Assembly (NCBI GenBank): GCA_023261815.1
Contig: JALNKA010000015.1
Location: 1 to 28,401, forward strand
Direction: 5' to 3'
DNA from: Candidatus Wolframiiraptor sinensis
GTDB taxonomy: Archaea > Thermoproteota > Nitrososphaeria_A > Caldarchaeales > Wolframiiraptoraceae
Length of the DNA: 28,401 nt
The position numbers and the translations under genes were made by a program. The notes under the pieces were generated by a model. It was not told the origin of the DNA. It did not search any database and saw only the letters and a list, made by a program, of their open reading frames with translations. Every line of letters starts with the position of its first letter. Within the stretch, counting starts at the first letter, position 1. This document shows positions 1-7,216 of the stretch, one piece after another.

Positions 1-124
1 TCCTGCGGGCCGTAGACCTAACGAATAACAGGGAGATAACCGACAACACGATCGAGATTATCGCTAGGATTATTATCAGGAGAATGAGAAACGATAACTC
101 GCCAATGAATGATATACCGTTCAT
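1..124 (-). CDS. Partial (runs off left edge) membrane-anchored hypothetical protein
   Basis: Not in the ORF track. Manual translation from ATG at 124 gives MNGISFIGELSFLILLIIILAIISIVLSVISLLFVRSTARR..., a long hydrophobic helix followed by basic residues. TTATATAA lies at 143-150 upstream. Confidence 0.75.
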   Translation of the reverse strand, partial: MNGISFIGELSFLILLIIILAIISIVLSVISLLFVRSTARR

Positions 125-142
125 TTCAATCGAAATAATGGA

Positions 143-150
143 TTATATAA
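143..150 (-). promoter_or_regulatory. Archaeal TATA box for the leftward partial gene
   Basis: TTATATAA begins 26 nt upstream of ATG 124, compatible with a leaderless transcript. Confidence 0.45.
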
Positions 151-214
151 GCCGCTTATAATTCTTCTCCCCGACGACCCGCCGGTCATCGAAAATAAAA
201 TATGTCTGTTTTGC

Positions 215-2077
215 ATGAGATTTAATCTGCAAGGAATGGGCTTGAAGAGGGGAAAGAAGGGCAAGGTCGAGGAGCTGCCGAATCCCTGGAAGGGCATAGA
301 GGTAAAGCCGATCCCGGAGAACTACGAGGTACTGGACCGCTACCCTATTAGGGAGGGGCTGGCGGAAGTCGTGATCGCGACGCCTCCCACCGAGACCCCC
401 GAGCCAACATACTTCGCCGTAGAGATCCAGCTCATGCCGCAGGAAGCTTTGGCCCTAGAAAAGCTAAAAGAAATTCTCTCTAAGGAGCTGGAGCCGCCGA
501 AGCCCGGCGAGGAGGAGGATGCCAGGAGAATTCTCCTGGAAACGGCTGATAAGTTGCTACGAAAATACGAGAGAGCGCTTGGAAGGTTCGACGAAGAGTC
601 CAAGCAGAAGCTGTTCTACTACTTGGAGAGGGATATGACGGGATTCGGCCCCCTCAATATAATAATGGAGGATTATAGGATCGAGGACGTCTCATGTGAT
701 GGCGTAAACATCCCGATATACGTCTGGCATAGAGATTACGAGAGCATTCCAACGAACATAATGTTCACGGACCGAGACGCCCTCGACGACTACATAATCC
801 AGCTAGCTCACAAGTCAGAGAAGCACATCTCATCGGCATTCCCGATACTGGATGCCATGATCTACGGCAAGCACAGGCTCGCCGCGACATTCAGGGAGGA
901 GATCTCGCCGCGCGGAAGCACATTCACGATAAGAAAATTCAGGGAGAAGCCATTCAGCGTAACAGAGCTGCTGCATTCGAGGCTTCTAAGCCCGGAGATG
1001 GCCGCATACTTCTGGCTGCTGATCGAGCATAAGGCGAACATACTCGTGGCGGGCGCGACGGGAAGCGGGAAAACAACAATCCTGAATGCGCTCATGTGCT
1101 TCGTCAAGCCCAGAATGAAGATCGTAACATGCGAGGAGACGGCCGAGCTGAATATACCGACCGAAAACTGGGTGAGATTCGTCACGCGAGAGAGCTATGG
1201 CCTCGGAGCGCAGAAAACCGGGGAGATAACGCTATATGATCTAGTCAAAACGAGCCTCAGATACAGGCCCGACTACCTCATAGTCGGAGAGGTAAGAGGA
1301 GAAGAAGCCTTCGTCCTCTTTCAAGCCATAGCTACCGGCCATGGAGGCTTATCCACAATTCACGCTGAGAGCATAGAGTCTGTTATGAAGAGGCTCGTGA
1401 GCCCGCCCATGAATATTCCGCCCAGCCATATTCCGCTGCTGGATGCCGTGGCGCTCGTCGAGAGAGTTCACCTTCCCAGATCGATTGACGGGAAGACTTA
1501 TGCTAGGAGGATGAGGTATGTATGGGAGGTCGTGGATTACGGGAAATATGTTACGATCGCGGAGTGGAATCCGGCGACGGATCAGTTCGTGACGGACTTC
1601 ACGAATAGCGTCGTCCTGGAGAGGATAGCAGCTAGAACCGCGAAGACTAAGGAAGAGATAATAGCTGAGATCGAGAGAAGGGCAGCGCTCCTCAAATCCC
1701 TCGTGGAGAAGGGTTTGATCGAGATAGGAGACATAGCCAGAGAGGTATATGCGTATTACTCGAACCCCGAGCAAGTCCTGAGAAAATATGGGATAGCCGT
1801 GGAAGCCATCCAAGTTCCCGCGGTGCCTTTTAGAGCCGGCGCTGAGAGCGCTGAGGTCAAGTCTCATGGGATCGCGAAAACATGGGCTGACGAGGAGAGC
1901 GAGTCATTGATCGCCGAGAAGGTGCTCAGCCTCCTGAGGCAACATGGAGGAGTATACCCGCTGTGGAGGATATTTGTTGAGACGCCGGCCTCGAAGATCA
2001 TGGTCTTCAGGGCCTTAAAGAGGCTGAGGGAGAGCGGGAAGATAGAGATGTCGAGATCAATGGTGATGCTGAGGTAG
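215..2077 (+). CDS. Type II/IV secretion system (VirB11/TadA/FlaI-like) pilus assembly ATPase with C-terminal winged-helix extension
   Basis: Walker A GATGSGKTT, Asp-box-like TCEETAEL, Walker B RYRPDYLIVGEVRGEEA, His-box TGHGGLSTIHA, and FTIRKF. The C-terminal ~55 aa are wHTH-like. Start could be ATG 236. Confidence 0.93.
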   Translation: MRFNLQGMGLKRGKKGKVEELPNPWKGIEVKPIPENYEVLDRYPIREGLAEVVIATPPTETPEPTYFAVEIQLMPQEALALEKLKEILSKELEPPKPGEEEDARRILLETADKLLRKYERALGRFDEESKQKLFYYLERDMTGFGPLNIIMEDYRIEDVSCDGVNIPIYVWHRDYESIPTNIMFTDRDALDDYIIQLAHKSEKHISSAFPILDAMIYGKHRLAATFREEISPRGSTFTIRKFREKPFSVTELLHSRLLSPEMAAYFWLLIEHKANILVAGATGSGKTTILNALMCFVKPRMKIVTCEETAELNIPTENWVRFVTRESYGLGAQKTGEITLYDLVKTSLRYRPDYLIVGEVRGEEAFVLFQAIATGHGGLSTIHAESIESVMKRLVSPPMNIPPSHIPLLDAVALVERVHLPRSIDGKTYARRMRYVWEVVDYGKYVTIAEWNPATDQFVTDFTNSVVLERIAARTAKTKEEIIAEIERRAALLKSLVEKGLIEIGDIAREVYAYYSNPEQVLRKYGIAVEAIQVPAVPFRAGAESAEVKSHGIAKTWADEESESLIAEKVLSLLRQHGGVYPLWRIFVETPASKIMVFRALKRLRESGKIEMSRSMVMLR

Positions 2078-2104
2078 GGCTGAAGCCCGGGGGCCAAGTC
2101 CACT

Positions 2105-2614
2105 CTAAAGTTTTATCATGCCCAGCAGGAATCTTAGAAGATTCATCGCGCTCTCCCTATCGAGGGCGACCGTCGGTATTACCGGGATCTCCGAGGGAGC
2201 CTTAAGGGCATGCCGCATCACTTTCTCAGGAATAATGTTTCCCCCATCAGCCTTATTCGCGGCGATCACGTGAGGCTTATCCGGGAAATTCCTCCTAAAA
2301 TAATCATATATGAATGCTGCATCCACGAGGCTTTTCGGGTCCTGGGAGTCGACCATGAGTATGTATCCATCCATCCCCTTGGCCAGGACCCGCCACATGA
2401 AGAAGAACCTCCGCTGGCCCGGAGTACCGAAGAGCCTGACGCGCTTATCATCAACCTCCAGGAGACCGAAGTCTAATGCGACCGTCGTCGTCTGCTTAAC
2501 AGTCTCGACCAGAAGCCTCCTATCTGACTCCAATATTTTTCCACATAAAGTTCTTATGAGCGTTGTCTTTCCCGCGTTAAACGGCCCCGTGACGACGATC
2601 TTATAGGTCCTCAT
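2105..2614 (-). CDS. MglA/CvnD-family small Ras-like GTPase (169 aa)
   Basis: G1 GPFNAGKTT, G2 TTTVALDFG, G3 LFGTPGQRRFFFMW, G4 NKAD, G5-like TVA. True start is ATG 2614, overlapping the upstream Roadblock stop (ATGA); the 45-aa extension in the ORF track lies inside the Roadblock gene. Confidence 0.92.
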   Translation of the reverse strand: MRTYKIVVTGPFNAGKTTLIRTLCGKILESDRRLLVETVKQTTTVALDFGLLEVDDKRVRLFGTPGQRRFFFMWRVLAKGMDGYILMVDSQDPKSLVDAAFIYDYFRRNFPDKPHVIAANKADGGNIIPEKVMRHALKAPSEIPVIPTVALDRESAMNLLRFLLGMIKL

Positions 2615-2976
2615 TTCGAGAGATAAGCCTCGAACACCAGATTTATGAATCCGAGATTTGGATTGGGCTTGGTGACTGCCACGACGTAATAGTCCCTGTA
2701 TCTTCTGATGAGGAAGTATCGCTTCTCCTTGAGTTTCACGTCCACGCAATCGAAGCCTTTGGAGTTTATCAGCTCTAAGACGGCGTCGGTTGCGCCGGCT
2801 ATGGATGATGTGGCCGCCGCGACGTAGTCAGGATCGAGGTCTATGTTAGCGCTGTACGCGATGGGCACACCATCCTGCGAGACTATGATTATCGCGTCCA
2901 CCCATCCCCTGCAGCTGATCATCATGTCCTCGATCAGCGATTTGAGCTCCGAGCGAACAGACTCCACATCCTTCAC
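2611..2976 (-). CDS. Roadblock/LC7 (MglB/CvnB-like) protein
   Basis: 121 aa; AIIIVSQDGVPIA...DPDYVAAATSSI...VAVTKPNPNLGFI is the Roadblock pattern. Four-base overlaps with both neighbours. Confidence 0.88.
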   Translation of the reverse strand: MKDVESVRSELKSLIEDMMISCRGWVDAIIIVSQDGVPIAYSANIDLDPDYVAAATSSIAGATDAVLELINSKGFDCVDVKLKEKRYFLIRRYRDYYVVAVTKPNPNLGFINLVFEAYLSK

Positions 2977-3515
2977 CTCCTACTAATCACACTCTCAACA
3001 TATCTCTGCAAGATTTCGCGGGCATACTCGGCATCCTCCGCCGTCGCGGAGCCTCCTATAATGAGGCAGTAGGGTGTCACATCGCCCACCTTCCTTAACT
3101 CAACTACAAGACTAGTGCCACTATTCTTGAATATAAGAATCTCGGCTGGAAACCCTAACCCCTTTAGCATATTTATGAGCTCCGCTAAGGAGGCAGCGGC
3201 CCTCGCGCCGTACTCCTTGGACATATTATAAGTCTCGATAATGAGCCCCTGATTATCAAAAAGCACTAAGATCTCGGCTCCGAGGATCACCGCCGCCTCG
3301 GCAAGTGAATTAACGCGCCTCATGGGTAATCTCCTTATCCCCAAAGATCTCTCAACAGCCTCTCCGTAAGCTCCCATAAGCGTCTTCACTACTCTTCCCT
3401 TAACCGTCCTTCTGAAGCTTTTAATAGCTAGTATAAGGGCGGCTGTAGCGAAGAGTAGCGAGGTAATGGCGAGGGCTACCGCAAACAGAAAATTAATCAC
3501 CCCCAAGGACAACAT
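2973..3515 (-). CDS. N-terminally membrane-anchored protein with a divergent Roadblock/LC7-like domain
   Basis: Hydrophobic residues ~5-31, then basic KSFRR; then ILVLFDNQGLIIE...ARAAASLAEL, matching the Roadblock strand-xxG-strand-helix pattern. Coupled to the Roadblock gene (GTGA). Confidence 0.68.
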   Translation of the reverse strand: MLSLGVINFLFAVALAITSLLFATAALILAIKSFRRTVKGRVVKTLMGAYGEAVERSLGIRRLPMRRVNSLAEAAVILGAEILVLFDNQGLIIETYNMSKEYGARAAASLAELINMLKGLGFPAEILIFKNSGTSLVVELRKVGDVTPYCLIIGGSATAEDAEYAREILQRYVESVISRR

Positions 3516-3556
3516 GGGTTATAACTAGATATACTTTCTTCTCAAGCGGGCTAAAA

Positions 3557-3570
3557 AGAAAATTTAATAG
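3557..3570 (+). promoter_or_regulatory. BRE/TATA promoter of the 3597 gene
   Basis: AGAAAA followed by TTTAATAG, ending 26 nt before ATG 3597. Confidence 0.55.
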
Positions 3571-3596
3571 CGATGAGTTTAATTTCCTAATTTGGA

Positions 3597-4370
3597 ATGC
3601 CTCATAGGATTCAGTTATTCATGACAGATGACGAGCTTTCGAGAAACATGCTTAGAATGGTGGATAAAATAACCCGGGTTCTTATGGAAAGATTTGGCCA
3701 GAGAATGAAGTCTTTCTCAAAGGATTATGTTGCCTATGTCCTCACGAGTAATACAGTTACGCTTAGCCCGAAGCAGGGGCCATCAGAAGTTGTTCAAATA
3801 GAGCTATTTTTTATTCTAAAGACGTATCGAGAGGAGCTTAAGACCAAGTTCGATCTCGTGGACTTTCCAACAGCTAAGTTCGACGGCAAGACTTATATCG
3901 GGCGGGATGCGCTCGAGATCGTATCCAGATTACATGATGCCCTAAGCAGAACTCCAAGCATAAGCGATGATGAGTTGCTGGCAGAGATTAAGAGCATCGC
4001 CAGTCAAGAGCATGTGCTGGAGAGCAGGGTAGCTGCCGAAAGGCTTTCAGTCCTATCGATCCTACAGAGGGGAGTAGAGCCGGCGATTAAGGCTGTTGGC
4101 AGAGTTTCATCGAGCTTGACGAGAATTGTTCAACTAACTCCACCTACCCCGTCCGAGGAGAAGAGCGTGGAGGTTGCCGCCAAAAAGCCGCAGCTTGAGG
4201 CGGAATATGCTTCTAGGAGCTTAATCGATAAAGTCGTTTTTGAGCGTAATGTGGTGAGGGCGGGAATTGCGGAGTGCTTGGCTAAGCTTGAGAAGCTGCG
4301 GGAAGAAGGCCGAATCGACGAAAATACGTACAAGAAAATGAAGGAGGTTTATAACGCGTTTTTGGGCTAG
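3597..4370 (+). CDS. Hypothetical protein: CxxC-less thioredoxin/glutaredoxin-like N-domain, linker, C-terminal SHOCT-like helical pair
   Basis: ELKTKFDLVDFPTAKFDGK resembles the cis-Pro region of the Trx fold; LAKLEKLREEGRIDENTYKKMK fits SHOCT. The N-domain is paralogous to 6391..6930. Confidence 0.6.
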   Translation: MPHRIQLFMTDDELSRNMLRMVDKITRVLMERFGQRMKSFSKDYVAYVLTSNTVTLSPKQGPSEVVQIELFFILKTYREELKTKFDLVDFPTAKFDGKTYIGRDALEIVSRLHDALSRTPSISDDELLAEIKSIASQEHVLESRVAAERLSVLSILQRGVEPAIKAVGRVSSSLTRIVQLTPPTPSEEKSVEVAAKKPQLEAEYASRSLIDKVVFERNVVRAGIAECLAKLEKLREEGRIDENTYKKMKEVYNAFLG

Positions 4371-4430
4371 TGGATGGGCTTCAGAAACGCATATATCCAG
4401 CTCATTAAACCTCCTCAATAGGTGGTTGAA

Positions 4431-4802
4431 ATGATGTCATCTAGATTTGAGGTGATGCGGGAAGTTTTAACGGCTCTCTCGCGTGGTAACCCCGATATTC
4501 TGGGATCAGCCATAGTGAGCGAGGAGGGTCTCGTTATAGCGAGCTTCCTTCCTGAAGGATATGATGATCAGAGAGTCTCGGCGGTTACCGCGGCCCTTCA
4601 CAGCATAGCTAATCGCGCGGCTCAGCAGATAGCGCTGGGCGAGGTTCAGCGAATGATGTTATTTGCCGAGAAGGGTGGAGCCGTCCTGTGCTCCGGGAAG
4701 AGGGCCTCACTTGTGGTCTTGACCAGGCCTAACGCCAAGATCGGTCTCGTGCTGATGGATATCATGGACGCTGTTGAAAAGCTCAAAGATGTGCTGGGTT
4801 AA
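4431..4802 (+). CDS. Roadblock/LC7 (MglB-like) protein
   Basis: NPDILGSAIVSEEGLVIAS...DQRVSAVTAAL...LVVLTRPNAKIGLV. AGGTG lies 6 nt before ATG 4431 (ORF track uses GTG 4422). Confidence 0.92.
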   Translation: MMSSRFEVMREVLTALSRGNPDILGSAIVSEEGLVIASFLPEGYDDQRVSAVTAALHSIANRAAQQIALGEVQRMMLFAEKGGAVLCSGKRASLVVLTRPNAKIGLVLMDIMDAVEKLKDVLG

Positions 4803-6244
4803 TGAGTTTTCACCATAGCTTCAGCCCCACCTTTCATAATGATACTCCCCCTCAGGCACCCGGGATCCGCTGCTAAGTAATCTCCGAAATATGCGTAGGC
4901 CCTCGCCCTACATCCGCCGCAAACATACCTATACTCACAGCTTCCGCATGGCCCCTTGAGCAGATCCTTGTTCTTCAGGTCATTTATCGTCTTGCTATTC
5001 TCCCATATATCCTGGAGCCTATCCCTTCTCAGGTTTCCGACGGGGATTGGCATGAAGACGCATGGCGTGACCGTTCCATCCGGCTGTATCGCCATATATA
5101 TTCTCCCGGCCCCGCATCCCCCTATGAATTCGGCGACCGCCCTCAGGGTTGAGCTGTTGGGAATCGTGAAGTGCGTTGGGAGAACATCCTCGCCGCGGCT
5201 CATCTGCCAGGAGACCCGTGCCAGCTGCGGAGCCGTGGAAACCACTTGAATGCTGGATCTAGCTGATTCGCGGTAAATTCTCCTCAGCACGTCCTCCCTC
5301 TCCTCCGGGGATAAGTCGAGCTCCACGGCCTCCTTCCCCCTGCCCGTGGGAATGAAGTTGAAGAACACGACCCTATTTACTCCCAGCTCCTCGCCCAGCC
5401 TCACCATATCCTCGATCCTATCCTTATTGAGCTTGGTGACCGTGGCGGCTATCCCGATGGAGACCCTGCCTTCACCGTATTTGACGATGTTCCTTATGCC
5501 CTTCACCGCCAGCTCCCAGGCGCCCCTAACCCCCCTGAAGCCATCATGCTCCCCAGGTTCTGTGGAGTCGAGGCTAACCTCCACGTATCTCAACCCCGCC
5601 TCGATCGCGCGCCTAGCGAACTCATCATCCGCGAACCTTATCCCATTAGTCGCGACCGCCATGTAAATTCCCCTCCTCGCGCCCTCCTCAACCACTCGAA
5701 GGAAATCGGGGTGTATTGTCGGCTCCCCGCCGCTCAAGGCCACGACAGGTATCCCCATCTCATCTATCTGCCTAATCACCTCGACTCTCTCCTCAGAAGT
5801 AAGCTCATCAGGCCCGGGAGTTGGCCCCGCGCTCTGATAACAGTGAACGCACTTGAGGTTACAGGCATTAGTGAAATTCCAGACTATGAGGAATGGGGCC
5901 GCCAGCTTCTGGGGCACGGTCACGCCGTATCTCAGCAGGCTCCTCAGGACCAGCTCAAGCCCCCTCCTGATCGCGGGGTCCCTTATCCCTAGCTCAAACT
6001 CCTCCTGCCTTATGTGCATGAACTTCATCGCCGCCCCAAAAAGCAGCTTGCAGAAATAGTAGTCTAGCACGCAGCTGAAGCTCACACTGCTCTTTTCCTT
6101 ATACGCGAGCATTCTTAGAACGTGCTCAAGCCTAGTTCTCGCGCCAGCGGGATCGGGCTCCAGAAATCTCCTGAGGAAGGCTCTCGAGATCCGGCCTCCG
6201 AAAATCCTTCTAGCAATCTTGAGGCTGTCGGCCTCGAGCGACAG
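4799..6244 (-). CDS. Radical SAM/SPASM enzyme, candidate GMGT synthase (Gms)-like; probable CTG start
   Basis: CNLKCVHC, SGGEP, and SPASM cysteines (GCGAGR, PCVF, CGSCEYRYVCGGCRARA, DPGC). The frame stays open upstream of ATG 6112 to a TGA at 6253-6251, and GGTGA-N6-CTG lies at 6244. The Gms call is from recalled similarity and is tentative. Confidence 0.85.
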   Translation of the reverse strand: MSLEADSLKIARRIFGGRISRAFLRRFLEPDPAGARTRLEHVLRMLAYKEKSSVSFSCVLDYYFCKLLFGAAMKFMHIRQEEFELGIRDPAIRRGLELVLRSLLRYGVTVPQKLAAPFLIVWNFTNACNLKCVHCYQSAGPTPGPDELTSEERVEVIRQIDEMGIPVVALSGGEPTIHPDFLRVVEEGARRGIYMAVATNGIRFADDEFARRAIEAGLRYVEVSLDSTEPGEHDGFRGVRGAWELAVKGIRNIVKYGEGRVSIGIAATVTKLNKDRIEDMVRLGEELGVNRVVFFNFIPTGRGKEAVELDLSPEEREDVLRRIYRESARSSIQVVSTAPQLARVSWQMSRGEDVLPTHFTIPNSSTLRAVAEFIGGCGAGRIYMAIQPDGTVTPCVFMPIPVGNLRRDRLQDIWENSKTINDLKNKDLLKGPCGSCEYRYVCGGCRARAYAYFGDYLAADPGCLRGSIIMKGGAEAMVKTH

Positions 6245-6354
6245 GGCTGTTCACCGGAAGCCGGATGCTCAGCGCCCAAGAATAAATTTTCGCCCACCTT
6301 CCCAAGGATAGGTCTTAAGAAGGGTGGGCCTAAGCGGTTAAATGCCGCTACGGG

Positions 6355-6368
6355 GAAAAGTTATAAGA
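6355..6368 (+). promoter_or_regulatory. BRE/TATA promoter of the 6391 operon
   Basis: GAAAAG-TTATAAGA; the TATA starts 30 nt before ATG 6391, canonical leaderless spacing. Confidence 0.65.
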
Positions 6369-6390
6369 CATATCGCTAAGAATTGTTAGC

Positions 6391-6930
6391 ATGCCTCAGA
6401 TGATATTCTTCTTTATAGCGGAGGATGAGCTTTCAAATAAGGTATCTGCGATCCTAAACAATCTCGTAGGCAAGATTAAGGGCTCCGCGAAGATAAGGTA
6501 CTCGGAGAGCGTCGACGTATCCATGACAAATGTTAGAATCGGGCTGAAATCGGCTCTCGGAAAAGAGGATGCCCTGGAGCTCAGAATACACGCGATGCCA
6601 GAAGCCTATGCAGAATCGCTCAAGATCAGGTATGGGTTGCCGGGGATTCCTGCGGTGAAGCTGGGCGAAGCTGTTCGCTGGGGCGAGGACGCTGTCTCAG
6701 CTGCTTCAATACTTCACTCCCTGCTCGTGGAAGGCGGCACCCTAACGGCTGAGCAAGTATTCTACGAGATCGCGAACTACATACAGGGCTCCGCCGGGGC
6801 AGTGAGCATGCCGGAGAAAGAAGTCCCGATGGTCGGCGCAACAGCATCCAGAGATAAGATTCAAGGCATCGTGGATTTCCTCTTGAAGGACAACCCGGAT
6901 ATAATGGGGTGCGCTATCTTAAATGATTAA
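6391..6930 (+). CDS. 5' part of a frameshifted Trx-like domain-Roadblock fusion gene
   Basis: N-domain aligns with the 3597 protein (FIAEDELS vs FMTDDELS; YAESLKIRYGLPGIPAVKLG vs YREELKTKFDLVDFPTAKFD). It ends in the first Roadblock strand, NPDIMGCAILND*. Confidence 0.75.
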   Translation: MPQMIFFFIAEDELSNKVSAILNNLVGKIKGSAKIRYSESVDVSMTNVRIGLKSALGKEDALELRIHAMPEAYAESLKIRYGLPGIPAVKLGEAVRWGEDAVSAASILHSLLVEGGTLTAEQVFYEIANYIQGSAGAVSMPEKEVPMVGATASRDKIQGIVDFLLKDNPDIMGCAILND

Positions 6931-7216
6931 GGGGATGATAATGGCGTGCAGCATGCCGTCTGAAATAGGTGAGGAGAGGATCTCCGCAGTCTTCACCGCC
7001 CTTCAAGACATAATCGAGAATGGAGTCCAGCAGATGGCGCTCGAGAGGATAAACCAGCTAATGATCTTCGCGGAGAAGGGAGGCGCCCTACTCCACAGGC
7101 ATAACAACCTCTTCCTGCTGGTACTCATAAAACCAGAAGCAAAGCTCGGAGCGATACTCATGGACTTGAAGAATGCCATTGACGAGCTTGATCAGATCAC
7201 CGCTACAAAGCCCTAA
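6923..7216 (+). CDS. 3' part (rest of the Roadblock/LC7 domain) of the frameshifted fusion gene
   Basis: KGMIMACSMP...ERISAVFTAL...MIFAEKGGALL...KPEAKLGAILMD aligns with the 4431 Roadblock from its EGLVIAS onward, in the +1 frame. Confidence 0.78.
   Translation: MIKGMIMACSMPSEIGEERISAVFTALQDIIENGVQQMALERINQLMIFAEKGGALLHRHNNLFLLVLIKPEAKLGAILMDLKNAIDELDQITATKP

Noticed and set aside
2615-2749. 45-aa N-terminal extension of the GTPase in the ORF track
   Set aside because: Overlaps the Roadblock gene out of frame; ATG 2614 gives a canonical N-terminus and ATGA coupling.
6332-6347. AAGCGGYTAAAYGCCG shared with intergenic 17878-17893 (14/16), with a weaker copy at 3544
   Set aside because: By rough estimate one such match is expected by chance in this much intergenic DNA, and the adjacent genes are unrelated.
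6115-6379. Small ORFs 6115..6297 (-) and 6122..6379 (+) as RiPP precursors for the SPASM enzyme
   Set aside because: Both overlap the likely N-terminal extension of the radical SAM gene and show no precursor-like features.
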